Virus record (IMG/VR): IMGVR_UViG_3300037225_000932
Coordinates: 109,352 to 173,351 of that record
Length of the DNA stretch: 64,000 bases
Direction: 5' to 3' (one strand)
Origin: a virus
The notes below the pieces were generated by a model. It did no database searches, was not told where the DNA came from, and saw only the letters and a program-made list of their open reading frames with translations. The position numbers and the translations under genes were made by a program. Positions 33,141-45,800 of the stretch are shown here, in pieces. Numbering within the stretch: position 1 is the first letter of the stretch; the number at the start of each line of letters is the position of its first letter.

Positions 33141-33644
33141 TTATAGAAGTTCAAGTTCATCAGGGCTAAAATGAATATGCCAACGAGTAGAAGTAAGTTC
33201 TATCTCAATCGTTTTAGTTTTATTAAAACCATTATTGAGACTAACTACTTTGCCAGTCTTATTGTTCCAATAATCATTAGTGTGAGCTTTAACTTTATCT
33301 CCAACTTTAAAATCTCCAACTTTAAAAGTCTTACTAACAATCTCAGAATTATCATTATTTAAGATGCCTGCTTCTAAAAGAGCATAATAGCAGGACTTAG
33401 GGATTTCTAGTGTCTTATATTGAAAGTCAAGAGAAGTAATTTCTATTTCGCTAAAATAAAAATAATGTCCATTAATATCAACTTTAAAACTATAAGACTT
33501 ATTAGGATCAATTTTGATAACCGTCCCAAAAGTCCCCCATTTCTTATCATTATCAGGAAAAGTCCATTTTGCTTGAACTTTAGTTCCCACAATAATCTTT
33601 GAGGTTTTAACGCTTTTGACTTTAATGACGAGTTTCATAGTCAT
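33141..33644 (-). CDS. tandem KOW/SH3-like domain protein (paralog of 35677..36174)
   Basis: VGTKV and FKVGDKVKA repeats; shared GILN linker. Confidence 0.55.
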   Translation of the reverse strand: MTMKLVIKVKSVKTSKIIVGTKVQAKWTFPDNDKKWGTFGTVIKIDPNKSYSFKVDINGHYFYFSEIEITSLDFQYKTLEIPKSCYYALLEAGILNNDNSEIVSKTFKVGDFKVGDKVKAHTNDYWNNKTGKVVSLNNGFNKTKTIEIELTSTRWHIHFSPDELELL

Positions 33645-33745
33645 GTCCCTTATGTTTTATTTTACATCTTTATGATTATTTTCTGGCAATAAGAAATCGT
33701 CCCGTTAAGGGCGATTTCTTTAACTTTTGAAGGTTTTAACCGCAA

Positions 33746-34183
33746 TTAGGCGGTAAAAGCTTCCTCAGTAGCGGGGGCAGTAGTTGCCTCTGGAGCCGGA
33801 TTAGTTGCCGGAGTTTCAGTCGCGGGAGTGGAAGTTTCGGCCTTGGCTTCCTTCTTTTCCGCAGCCTTCTTTTCCTTCAGAAGATTGGCCAAAGCAGCCA
33901 ATTCCTCAGCAGTAAAGTTAGCAATCTTCTCCGCCACGGCCGCTTTAGTCTGCTCATCCTTATAAGCAGGCAGGTCGGTAATTTCCTCGAAAATAGACAG
34001 AGGTTCAACCGCATAAGTCTGTCCCTCTGTCGCCTTAGAATTAAGATGTGCAACCAGCTTAGTTCCGGTTTCATCATCCTTGACCATCCCGATTACAGTT
34101 CGAATGGTCTCACTTCCTCGCCCGACCTTACGAGTTCGCCGTGCCGCAATCACCTTAACCGTCTTCTCAGTCTGCGTGTCCAT
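33746..34183 (-). CDS. GRG-motif paralog family member 3
   Basis: RKVGRGSETIRTVIGMV..HLNSK..TDLPAYK shared with 15727. Confidence 0.8.
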   Translation of the reverse strand: MDTQTEKTVKVIAARRTRKVGRGSETIRTVIGMVKDDETGTKLVAHLNSKATEGQTYAVEPLSIFEEITDLPAYKDEQTKAAVAEKIANFTAEELAALANLLKEKKAAEKKEAKAETSTPATETPATNPAPEATTAPATEEAFTA

Positions 34184-34281
34184 TTCTCATTTTCCTTTAT
34201 GTTAGAGGTTTTGGACGACGCTTTCTTAGAACTTTATGGTCAAATTTCGGGGAAGAGAGGTCTCTTCTCTACCGTCTAACA

Positions 34282-34788
34282 CTATGCGGCTGTTAAGACA
34301 GGTAGGTTATAGGCATATTCCCGACTAACTGCTTGAATTTTATTGTTATCAAATTTCAAAAACTCATTTCTATCTTTTGCCCACCAAGGCTCAACTGCTT
34401 CTTTTATAACTTCAATTTCAGAACCAGGGTATCTATTAGACAATCCTATAACTGTAGCAGCAACACATTGATCAAGAAACATTCCACAAACAATAAAGTT
34501 TTGAGGTAAATCTAAGGATATAATAATTTTTTGAATTTCAGGACTTCCGTCTCTAATTGATTTTGTAGCGGAATATAGATAGGGATAGTTTCTGAAAGTT
34601 TTTCTTAAAAGAAGATGAGTAGGACCATAATTTTCATATTCCAAAACAATAATAGGAATACTATTTATGATCGCATAAGAAGCTAATTTTGCACATTCTA
34701 TAATACATCTGGTAAAACGTTTTTTAATTTTAGAAGGAAAAAACTTAGACTGAACATCTATTATAATAAGAGTTTTATCAGGGCTCAT
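34282..34788 (-). CDS. isochorismatase/cysteine hydrolase family protein
   Basis: LIIIDVQ and CGMFLDQCVAAT motifs. Confidence 0.8.
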   Translation of the reverse strand: MSPDKTLIIIDVQSKFFPSKIKKRFTRCIIECAKLASYAIINSIPIIVLEYENYGPTHLLLRKTFRNYPYLYSATKSIRDGSPEIQKIIISLDLPQNFIVCGMFLDQCVAATVIGLSNRYPGSEIEVIKEAVEPWWAKDRNEFLKFDNNKIQAVSREYAYNLPVLTAA

Positions 34789-34804
34789 ATCTCGTCTCTT
34801 TATT

Positions 34805-34910
34805 AAATAAAAAATCCAGGGAGAATAAAGAAAGATATAGAAACTCTGGCGAGTTTACACGGTGATCCGGTGACCGATTTTTGTCTTTCTGCTTATTCTA
34901 CCTGGAAATT
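34805..34910 (-). ncRNA. intergenic three-way-junction RNA / terminator
   Basis: TCCAGG..AGAATAA..AGAAAGA pairs with TCTTTCT..TTATTCT..CCTGGA; two inner hairpins. Confidence 0.4.
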
Positions 34911-35489
34911 ATTAGAGTTCAACGATTAACTTACCGAAATCTTCTTTAACAACAACATTCCTAAATCCACCAGAGCCAAACAATTCACGATTATAGCAAG
35001 TTGTGATACTCCTTATAGGGCTAGACGCTTTAATACAAACAAGATATCCATACGCTCGATACCAAATATCTCCCATAGTATCAGAAAAAACATTACCAAT
35101 CTCAATCTGTTCTGCTGTCTCAGGTTTCTTACTGTTCTTCAGAAAAAGCTTCATTTTATTGTTCCTTTATTTAGTGCGAAAAAAAATTATTCTTCAACAA
35201 CAAGCTTACCTAAAACCCTAGAAGCAATAATAGAATAAAAAAGACTACTATTGTCCCCTAAAATGGGTTGTAATAGGTTAATGCCATTATCACCATCTTT
35301 AAGAGGAATAAGACAATAATCTCCTCTAATAAAAACATTTCCATCTGGAGTTTCAAAAACATCTCCAACATCTAAACTAGAAGCGTAAATGATACTTTCT
35401 GGGTCTTGTTGAATTTTAATATTCATTTTATCGTTTCCTTTCTTATCTAGTGTTAGATTTTGTTTATATTTTTCAGGGAAAAATATTCT

Positions 35490-35642
35490 GTTTCTATAAA
35501 CAGAAGAACCACCGATTTATCTTTTCCAGGATCAGTGGAAAAGCCGGTGGTCGATCCTTGTTAGAGAGTTACTATCTTCATTATTTAGCAAATCTCTAAA
35601 CTCTTCTGTCCCAGCTTTGCGACCATTTCTGGTATCTGGGAT
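35490..35642 (-). ncRNA. family-1 RNA K3 (simple hairpin in place of the tRNA-like domain)
   Basis: P1 ACAGAAGA/TCTTCTGT; pseudoknot GGATC/GATCC; 3' CTGTTTATAGA. Confidence 0.7.
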
Positions 35643-36637
35643 ACGTTCTATGGATTTCTTTTATAGTAATAAAATCTTATTTAATAAATTCAAGTTCTTG
35701 TTCGAGGAAAGGAAAATCTCTAAATCTATCACTAGATACATAAATAAAACTACCACACTTACTAAATCTGGTTATCTTTCCAGAACTTCCGTAAAAATTA
35801 CCAAAACTGGTTGTTTTAACACGAACTAGATCACTAATTTCAGGCTTAGAAGTCACAATCTTACAATCTTCTTTATTTAGAATGCCAAGGCTCATTAAAT
35901 TATCATAAAAATCAAGAGACATAACCTTGATTTCATAACGATACCCAACAACTTGAGGAACAGCAGAGATCTGCTTCCGATTAAAATAAGAACAAAATTT
36001 GCCTCTTTTGCCTCTAATGTTTACATAAAAAAGACCTTCGCTATTGTATATTGAAATAATAATTCCTTTTTGAAGATCATTTTTAGACATTTTATCATCT
36101 ACAAAAACTTTAGTTCCAATAGTAATTTCTGGAGTTTCAATAATTGGAATACGAAATTCAACGGTAAGTTTCATAGTGTTTAATCCTTATTCTAATCCCT
36201 TAGAACTTTATATTATTTTTCAGGGCACATTATTTATTGGTTTAGGTGGGGCAGTAACTGCTAATACGATTGAAAAACTAAATCTCTTCATTACTGAAGG
36301 AAAATATTCTTTAGCTAATTTTAACATTTCTTCAAAACTAAAATATCCAGGAGCTAAAAAACAACTATTACTTTTATGACGATGATCCACAGAACGATCC
36401 CAAAAAGCCAAAGCGGTCCAGCCATCTTTGTAATGTAGCATTGCCAAGCCTTCAATCTCGTATTGACCAGACATATCCGGTGGACACAAATTGCCATCTA
36501 CTTTATATCTCCAAGGAATAATTGTATCTAATAAACTATAATCCTTCCAACCATTAGAAGAATATAAATAATGTCCTGCTTCTCTAATACACCCAAAATA
36601 GTAAATCGGGTCTAAAGGCTTATCATTTTTCATTTTA

Positions 36638-37114
36638 TTATCCTTTACTCTGTAAAATGCTATTAAATCTTGTATCTTTCCATTCCAATTTACCATTTAG
36701 CTTGCCACACTTTTTACAATACCAATTATTAAGTCTTTTAGGCTTTCGGTGTAAACTATATTCTTTATGGCAAGACGGACAAATAGATTTCCAATGTCCA
36801 TCTACGATAGTGGCAGTATGATTTAACCTATCAGGAATTGCACCAATTTCTAAGCATTTCATTTTCCAAACATAATCGTGTTTATGACTTGTTCCAACTA
36901 AAGCATGAGCAATTTCGTGAAAAATAGTATTTCTTATCTCATCTTCATTGTTCAATTTAACAAACATCCAAGATAAAAAAATAATCTTAATTGATCCTTT
37001 ACAGGTGCCAAGAAAAGTTTTACTCCGGCTAAATCGAAAAGTCCAACCATTAATAATTAGACCGTGTTTAGTCATTAACTCATTGACTAATTTTTGACAA
37101 ACAACAAGGTCCAT
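36638..37114 (-). CDS. SprT-like Zn metalloprotease
   Basis: TIFHEIAHAL..H...WK and C-terminal CxxC..CxxC. Confidence 0.85.
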   Translation of the reverse strand: MDLVVCQKLVNELMTKHGLIINGWTFRFSRSKTFLGTCKGSIKIIFLSWMFVKLNNEDEIRNTIFHEIAHALVGTSHKHDYVWKMKCLEIGAIPDRLNHTATIVDGHWKSICPSCHKEYSLHRKPKRLNNWYCKKCGKLNGKLEWKDTRFNSILQSKG

Positions 37115-39899
37115 CGGTGATATCCTATTTTAGATATGTTTTTAGAAAATTATATTATTTTTTCAGGGCAAATATCAATCATCATCTTCACTTTCATCGT
37201 GGTATTTTTCATCTTCCCAAAAATTATCTTCAGTATAATCATCTTCATCGTGATATCCAAAAACATCATCATCTTCTTCATCAAACGGGTAATCGTCTTC
37301 AAAATAAATATCTATTTCCATTTCATATCTCTCCAATTTTCAAAAACAACTTCAACAATAAAAGGCCAACCAAAAAGAAAGAGAATAAAGATAATAAACT
37401 GAAGAGCTAACATTCCAAAAAAAGCTAATAAACTATCTGCGTGAAAACTCTCATCCTTAAACTCAACAATAAAAAGCATTAAACCCATACCACAATACAA
37501 ACCAACTAAACCAATAACGAGTAAAAGCAACATATTATTCCTTTCTTTTAAGCGATTTCTGTTTTCCCTGTAGTTTCTTTTGAAACTTTCTTTGGAGTTT
37601 CAGGAAAAATGACTGGTTCTGCTATTTCTACAATTTTATCTTCTTTAGAAACCTCTCCGCTTCCTAATATTTCAAATTCAAAACAATCACAAGGAACTCC
37701 TAATTTGTCATTTTCAGATAAATAAGTGCAAGAAATACACCAAGTTCGCACGTGATTACAGATATAAATAGTTTCACCAACTGTAACTTTTTTCAAAATC
37801 TTATGTAATTCAGGAATCCAAAATTTTGGGATACGTAAAGTTGTCATAGGTTTTTCCAGTCTTCAGTAGGATCATTATCGTCAGGGTCAGGATAATATTC
37901 GTCTTTAACTTTTTCTTTAATCTCTTCTTCGACTTCAACGTTAATGATATCCAAATACCAAGCACAAACTTTCTTTATGAAAATCTCAGTATCAGCCAAA
38001 CTTAAAAATTTTATCTTACGATTACCGATAATAGGAGCAAGAAGGGCTGTTCTCGTAAGAATAATTCTTTGCCTTTGTTCTTGAGTGAAAGACATATCGT
38101 TAAATCCAAGTTTGTGACAAATAAGTGCAAAAGTTGTTTCATCAACATTAGCGCAAGAAAGATTTTGTTTCTGAGTATTATCCATCACTCATTCTCCTTA
38201 GTGTTAAACTTTTACATTTTTATTATTTTTTTTCAGGGAGAATTATTTTTCTCTCAAAAAAGAAAACTCTCCAACCATCTGGAGAATTTCTGCTTATTCC
38301 CTAAGATAATTTTATCAAAGATTTACGATCTTGTCATAATTTGGATCGTTGAAATTCGTACTGACAATTACATTAGTTCGGAAATATCGCATACACCTAT
38401 CTTTGAAATTGGTATGTTTTAGAGCTCGAATAATAGTTTCCGGGATATTAAGATTACCATATCCATCAGCCAAAGTATTAATCTGAAGGTTAGCATAATA
38501 AAATGCACTATTTTTGGTAAACTTATCTCCCTTCTTACAGAGAGACCAACCAACATAAACAGTGCCATTAAGTTTCTTTGCCATCAAAAGACCCCGCAAC
38601 TGTCCAAGATGAAAACGATATCCACCCTTATGAAGATACTGAAGAAGAGTATCATTCAAAACCTTCTTCTTAGTTTGCTTCTGAACTGACTTTCGAGCAA
38701 CCTTCTTTACAAATCGACCATTCTTCGGATTGCGAGCAACATTAGTCATCATTTTCTTTTTCCTTTAACAAAAGTGTTATATGTTTAGAACTTTATACTT
38801 TATTTCGGGGCAAACGGTGGCAAATTACAGAACCAAAGAATAAATAAAACTGCACAAAACAGACAAAATAAGGACCACATAACATCAGAAAACTGTTCAG
38901 CCCAATCTTTCTTGTCTTCTGAATCCTGCTTGTTATCATCCATTTTTATTTCCCTTTCCTCCAATTTCTTTAGGAGCACAATTTTTTCTTTCTTCCATAG
39001 TCCAATAATAATGATTGTTGGCACTATTGTCTTTGAGATCTCTATATTTTTCTTGTAGCTTTTTCCACCCCTTTTTGTCTTGTTTAGGTGGAACTTTATC
39101 ACTAATAATTTTCATTTTTTCATGACAATCTGAACAAATAGGCTTAGGAATAAGCCAGCTATTTCTTGTGACAGATTTTTTACAATCAAAACAAACATAA
39201 CAATAAGTGCGTGGCATGATTAAGTTTTCTTTGCTTTTCTGTCTCTATAAAGTAATCCGTCAATTTCTTTAATCGCGTCAAAAGAAGAGTGTAAACTTAC
39301 CGGCTTCCTTTTTTTTGCTCTTGTTACAAGTCCTTTAAGATGAGCAATCCTTAATAGATTAAGGGCATCAATATCTCTTTGACTAAAGTTGCCAACTTTT
39401 TTTTGACATTCTGGAAATAGCATTTATAGTTGTCCTTTTCGAGTGTTATGCCTTTAGATTTTTTTATTTCTTTTCGGGGGAAAAGTTTTTCTGCCATTCT
39501 TGAATAACATTCATATATTTCAAATAAATGAATCCAGTGGCACAATAAAAGATAGGATTATTATCTTCATGAAATTGAAGTGATCCTAAAAAGACTTTAT
39601 CATCAAAAACATTAAAACATTTATCGTCTGTTGTTTTTCTAAATTCAATCATTAAATGTCCTCAGAAATACCGGTGAAAGACAAAGCTTTTCTAATTGCT
39701 TACTAAAAAGCCTAATCGTTCAGTTAAATTGGGACAATCTTCAAGAAAATAAAGCATTTTATCTACTTCCGTTCCTTTTGGAAACATTATTTCAGCAGTA
39801 GCTTTATCATATAATTTTTCATCATTATCACCGGTCATAAATACTTCCATTGCTACTTGTCTAATCTTTTCAATTTGTGCTGGTGTAAATCTCATAATT

Positions 39900-40973
39900 T
39901 TACTTCTTTCTTCGTAGTAATAGTATTATTATGCCAATTCCCATTAAGCAACTATTAGGTTCAGGTGTTTCTGTGTCAGAGACATAAGAAGTAGTGCCAT
40001 CTCCATAAATATTTCCACACCACACATTGGCACCAGAACTAATTTCTAAATTACCATCACAATAAATATCAACTAAATTAGTATGCGTAATATTACTAAA
40101 TGGATTATATGGGCCTGTAACTAATACGGTCGCACACGCCTCAATCCAAAGTTGAACATTTTTTCCAATATAATATGGATTGCCAGTTAAATTAAAAGTC
40201 ACCTGTCCTTGAACTACATCAAAAATTGAGTTATCATTGAGATCTAAATCTGAAATTATTAAAGTTCCAGAACCAGTTTTAGAACCTTCGTCTATAATTG
40301 TTTGTCTGGCCTCTTGAAAAGTAGGAGCGGTAATCTCAATTTGTCCCCAATGACTTAATTGAGTATCCTTAACATTATATCCAGTATTAGATTTTATATT
40401 AATAATACCATCATTAGCTACAACGGTATGAACATTTAATATACCATTATGTATGTATTGACCGGATACTTGAAAACTACTAGTTGTAATTGTTCCATTC
40501 GTATTGTTTAATAAAGAATTAGAACCTATAGTAGTTTGGCTGTCAGTTAAAGTCCCACCTGTCAATGTATAAGACCCATTTCCGGCAAAAGGAGGATAAG
40601 AAGGATACGACGGAAAACCAATTTCTAATATATTAAAATTAGCTTTTGATCCTGTTTGTTGAGTTATATATCCTCCATATCCATTCAAATCAGGAATACC
40701 GCTAATACGCAAATCATAAGCAGTAGCATCTGAAACTGAAGAAATAATAGGCCAAATAGTCGTTTTTAATCCGGTAAAAGGACTAGTAGTTGAAATATAA
40801 GCAATATCAGTAGATTGAGGAACAGAATGATAACCAGAGCCATTTACCCAATTTGTAGGAGACCCCCATAATGTATTATATGATCCCGTCCATCCTTGTC
40901 CGGTACCATTCATAATAGAAGCTTTTGAAGAAGACGCAATAATAAAACACAATATAAAAAATAATTTTCTCAT
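39900..40973 (-). CDS. PEP-CTERM surface protein (start corrected to MRKLFF)
   Basis: Signal peptide; G/T/S/N-rich beta-helix-like body; C-terminal TPEPNSCLMGIGIIILLLRRKK. Confidence 0.8.
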   Translation of the reverse strand: MRKLFFILCFIIASSSKASIMNGTGQGWTGSYNTLWGSPTNWVNGSGYHSVPQSTDIAYISTTSPFTGLKTTIWPIISSVSDATAYDLRISGIPDLNGYGGYITQQTGSKANFNILEIGFPSYPSYPPFAGNGSYTLTGGTLTDSQTTIGSNSLLNNTNGTITTSSFQVSGQYIHNGILNVHTVVANDGIINIKSNTGYNVKDTQLSHWGQIEITAPTFQEARQTIIDEGSKTGSGTLIISDLDLNDNSIFDVVQGQVTFNLTGNPYYIGKNVQLWIEACATVLVTGPYNPFSNITHTNLVDIYCDGNLEISSGANVWCGNIYGDGTTSYVSDTETPEPNSCLMGIGIIILLLRRKK

Positions 40974-42893
40974 ATTATTCTTTTTCGGCAAAATTGATAA
41001 TATTTCTAGCAGTATCAATACGAAAACGAGCAAGTTGAGTAGCATTCATATCTGAAGCACTTGGACTTTTTGTTACTTCAGTAGCAATAGCAATTAAATC
41101 ACCACTTACTATATCTAAATCCCAAAAATATAAAACTACCTTTAGAAGATTTAATTTTCCACAACCAAGACCAAGGCAACCAGAAAAAAGAAACTTGCCA
41201 ATTATTTGCTGTAATATAAGTTCCGCCTTTATGCCAAAGTTCAATTTTCATATTAAAATATTTCTACCTGTTTTCTTACGCTTCAAATCCAACTTTTCGT
41301 TCCCTCAATAAACAATTATTATGAGAACTTCCAACCTTGGTGGCACGATATGAATGTTTGCTTCCTGAAATTCGCTTTCCCATTACACTTGGTAACGCAT
41401 CCCGAATTACTCTCCTTGCTACTCCTTCATTCTCAGCTTCTTGATCAAATTTGTCCCAACAATAATTCGGAGCCTTTTCTTTCGTTGCCATTTGTCTTTA
41501 TCTCCTTGTTTATGCTGTAATTAGAACTTTATTTACTTTTTCAGGGAAGAATTATTATTGTAAAAACAAAGAAACATATAAGCAAATAAACATAAAGTAA
41601 TGTTCATTACAACATTAAAAGCAGTAAATGGCTTTTCTTTATAAGATATATCTATTAAAGTATAAACACAAAAAAAGAAAACACAATAAACAACTTGAAA
41701 CGATTTGTTTTGAAACATAATATTTTCCTTTACTTTTTAGAGATCGGATAAGCAGAATACCAATCTATAGAAACAATAATTAAAAATGATAAACATCCAC
41801 AAGCTAAAGCAACAATCCAATGAAATAGTTCTATGTTTCCACTATTATACCATAATAAAGATGCCAAACTAACAAGAAAAATAAAAATACTATAAGCAAT
41901 TTGAAATAAGATTTTAGGCATAATATTTATCTCAACATTAAACGGGTTATTTCGTCATTGGATTGAATTACTTCGTCAAAAGATTTTTCTAAAGCAGTAA
42001 ATGATAAATTCACTTTAGAAAAAACATCACTATCTTTAATTTTAAGAATAGCATGGCCTACTTTAGCCCTTTTATTCTCTAAATCATTCATTTTGTGAAA
42101 ACGTAAATGAAGTGCCATAACTACATCAGGATAACCTAATATTTTAATCATAGGACTTAAATCCATACCACATTCTGAACATATATTATTATTTGCCATT
42201 TCTTTGCCTTTCCATAAATTATAGGACCATTTTAGGCTAAATAGGTGGCTTAGGACGCTTTTTTCTACAAGTCAAAAATTAAACTAAAACTCTTCTTTAT
42301 CACCACGACCGTATTTAGTGTCATCTGGATATTCTTCTTACGGATAATCAACATCATCTTGTTCTAAACCTACTTCATCAGCATTATCGAAACAAAGATC
42401 ATAAATCTTATCATATTCTTCATCTGTCAATTTAAAAAGTTTTCCATCACAAGTGACAAGAGTAATTTCTATTTCAGGAGGATCGCCGGGATAGCCGGGG
42501 TCTCCATTAGGAAGATACCAGACATCTGGAGTCCCTGGAGAATAAGAATACTCGATATAAAGTTCTATTTCTTCGTTGTTTCGTTCAATAGTAGTATAGA
42601 AATTAGATGAAAGATTTTTCATATTTTATTTCTCGATTTTAACTTCTGCGGGAATAAACTTTTTAGTTTTTTGGTTTTTAATGTGCATACTACCAAACAA
42701 GACTTGAGTTGTTGGATTTCTTAGAGAAATTGGAGGTTCACATTTAATCTGTTGAGCATAAACAGAGAATAGTTCTCTTAAACTTTCAGTAGTAAGATTA
42801 GCTAAATCTAAATCTTTGATTGTAAGAGTAAGTTTCATAATAGCTTTAGACATTTATATTATTTATCAGGGAAGAATTATTTTTGCGCGAAAA

Positions 42894-45800
42894 TTAAATA
42901 GCATCCATTAGATTAGCCGCATCTTTAGCGGTCGGAATAATACCTTCGCACTCAACAAAAGATAGATAATCTTCATACAATTTAACTTTAATTTCGTTAA
43001 TAAGATTATCAGGAACTTTACCTCCAAAAAGATGCTTAGCTTTTTCAAGTTCAGCAATCTTCTGCTTTGCCTTAAAAATAAGTCCTGTCAACTTGTCTTC
43101 TTTATAGGTGGTTCGAGTGTTAATCTTAATTTTATAATAGGCAGACATAGCCTCTAAAACTTTATTAATATCAAGGAACCAATAAGGCCCGGTCGCCCAA
43201 GGCTTACCGTGAGGCATAAGATACTGATGCGTTCCACAGTTATCATCACAAACACAAAAACAATTAAGAGATTTGTCTTTAGCAACAATTTCAACATCTG
43301 CCTCTCCGGCAATAGCATTCGCTAGTGCTAATTTTGCGTCTTCAATAATGTCAAGATAATGAATAAAAAACTTGTCTTTATTTTCTCTTATAAAGTTAAA
43401 TTTTCCAGCTTTACTGAGAACATAAATGGTTTTGGAAAAACCTGGATCGTTTTTTTCTACGTGAAAAGTTTTCTTTCCAGTATCTTTAGCGTTTTCACAA
43501 ACAATAGTATAAGTCGTTGTCATATTATATCCTCTTTTTGATTTAAAAGATAATTTCTTATTCAAAATCAACTAACGATAAAACTTTTTTGGCATCATCT
43601 TGTGTTGCCTGTCCAGTAGAAATAAGAACAAGAACTTCCATTTGCGCATCTTTAAGTATCTGATTACGAGCAGCCAACTTCGCTGTTTTGCTAATTTTCG
43701 TAAGACTAACTTCGTAAAGGTCTTCTTTGGCCTTAAATATAAGTCCGTCAACCTGAGAAACTTCTGTCTTACCAAGATTAATCTTATTACAGCCTCGCTT
43801 AAGGAACCAAGATCCCTTCTGATTAAAAGCCTCTAAAAGCGAAACATAAGTATCAAAGCAGAAACGATCAAAATATAAGTTAGATTGGCCGTCGTCCTGC
43901 TTAGTAAAATTTCCCGTTAATTTGTTAAAATAAACAATATCATTATTTGGCTCTTGAAAAAGAAAATTTGGCTCTTGAAAAAGAAAAAACCTTTTATCAG
44001 AAAAATTATATCCAATATTAAATCCGAAATAAAATCCAAAATACTCTATGAGTGCTTTTGCGGCATCTTCTTGTGAATAAAACTTAAAAATAGGCTTATT
44101 GCTACTGAAAATCCAACCCTTACCGTCATGAGCGAGATGAGAAAGATAACCATCACTAAGGGTTGCCGTTAAAACAAAAGAACCATCGCATTCAGAAAGC
44201 TTAATAGAAAAAGTCGTTATCATAGCATTTTGTCCTTTATTTTTCAGGTCTCAATATTTTCTTAGTTTTTTATTATTTTTTTTCGGGGGAGAATTAAAGA
44301 ACATTTAACTTTAGCATTTTCTTGGTATCTTCTTTTTTAACAATACCATTATCTAAAAGATGAAGATAATCTTGAAATGCTTGAAGTTTAATTCCCATAA
44401 TGATATTGTCTTTATCTTTATAGAAATCGTGTTTCCTATGCCTAATTTTTACGCTTCTAATATTTTCAATATCAGACTTTGCCTGGTTAAAAAGTTTTTC
44501 AACAGGATTTTCTTTTTCGGTAAACTTAACTTCAAGCTTAAAGCCATAAAGTAAAGATAGTGCCTCAAGGATTTGAAGGTAGGTATAAAAATAACCACGG
44601 AGGTCATCATTTACACTGGCTATTTTTTCCCATTTTCCATATTTAAAAAGATGATTTCTATCACAAGTATCTTTAGCAACAACATACATCACTTTCTTGT
44701 CGCCCGGAATAAACCATACCCCATTAGGACCGTAAACACAAAAATTATATTCACGTTTTAGAATATCAAGTAAGGCTTTCGCAGCCTCTTCTTGAGTGCT
44801 ATAACTTTCTTTCGCACCCATAATAGGAGTGCAATTATTACAACTTAAAATAAAAGTTTTACCAGTATGACAGCTAATAGCGAAAGTATTCATTTTTTAT
44901 CCTTTATTTTAAGGGGTTTTAAAAAATAGCTCGTAAAATCAAAAATAATTGACTAAGAACAATCAAAGCAATAAGAGAAGTAAACAAAAAGCAAAAATAC
45001 CTGAAATGTAATATTTAACTTTCATGGTATTTAATTTATATTTTTATATTTTTTCTCAGGGCGAAATTTCACCAATGGTAAACAATATAAATCATATAAA
45101 TATTGTTTGACAAAACAAAACTTAAAGCGTCAATATGAGCATATTCGTGTTCCTGTTTCCATGCTTCAAGATTTTGATTAGGTATCCATTCAATGAACTG
45201 TCCACTTTTCATTGAATAGTGATTGTCATACTTAGCAATTTCTTGAGCCTGAAGGTCTCTCTTTTTGTCTTCAAGAGAAATAAGCATTAAAAAAACAAAA
45301 ATAATACACACACAATAAAGCAAAAACATTCCAAAAGACTTGTTCATTTTATTTTCCTTGAATGTAAAAAGAAACAACATAAAAACCATCTTTACTCACG
45401 GACTTCTCAATAGTATAAGTTTTCATTTTTTAGTTATATTTTTCCATTTTCTTCAAAACGTTAGCAGCAATCTTATTACCATCTTCAGCTAGAACGGAAA
45501 GAGTTTTTTCATATACATTAAGCATTAAAGCATCTTTTTCAACCTGTCGCCCTGTTGAAGTAAGAAGAACATTATCTAATGCTTCAAACTCTCTAACTTC
45601 TTTATCTACAATTTCATCTACCTTATCCTGTAAAAAAACCTTCTTCTCAACAAGAACCAATTCATCTTCATATACAACATATTGGCTTTTGCTTTTGCTA
45701 TCCTCAACAGAACTAACATAATAATTATATTCACCATCTCTTATTTGTGTGACAATAAAAATACCAGATAAACTATTTGCACTACTCAAATAATAAGAGT

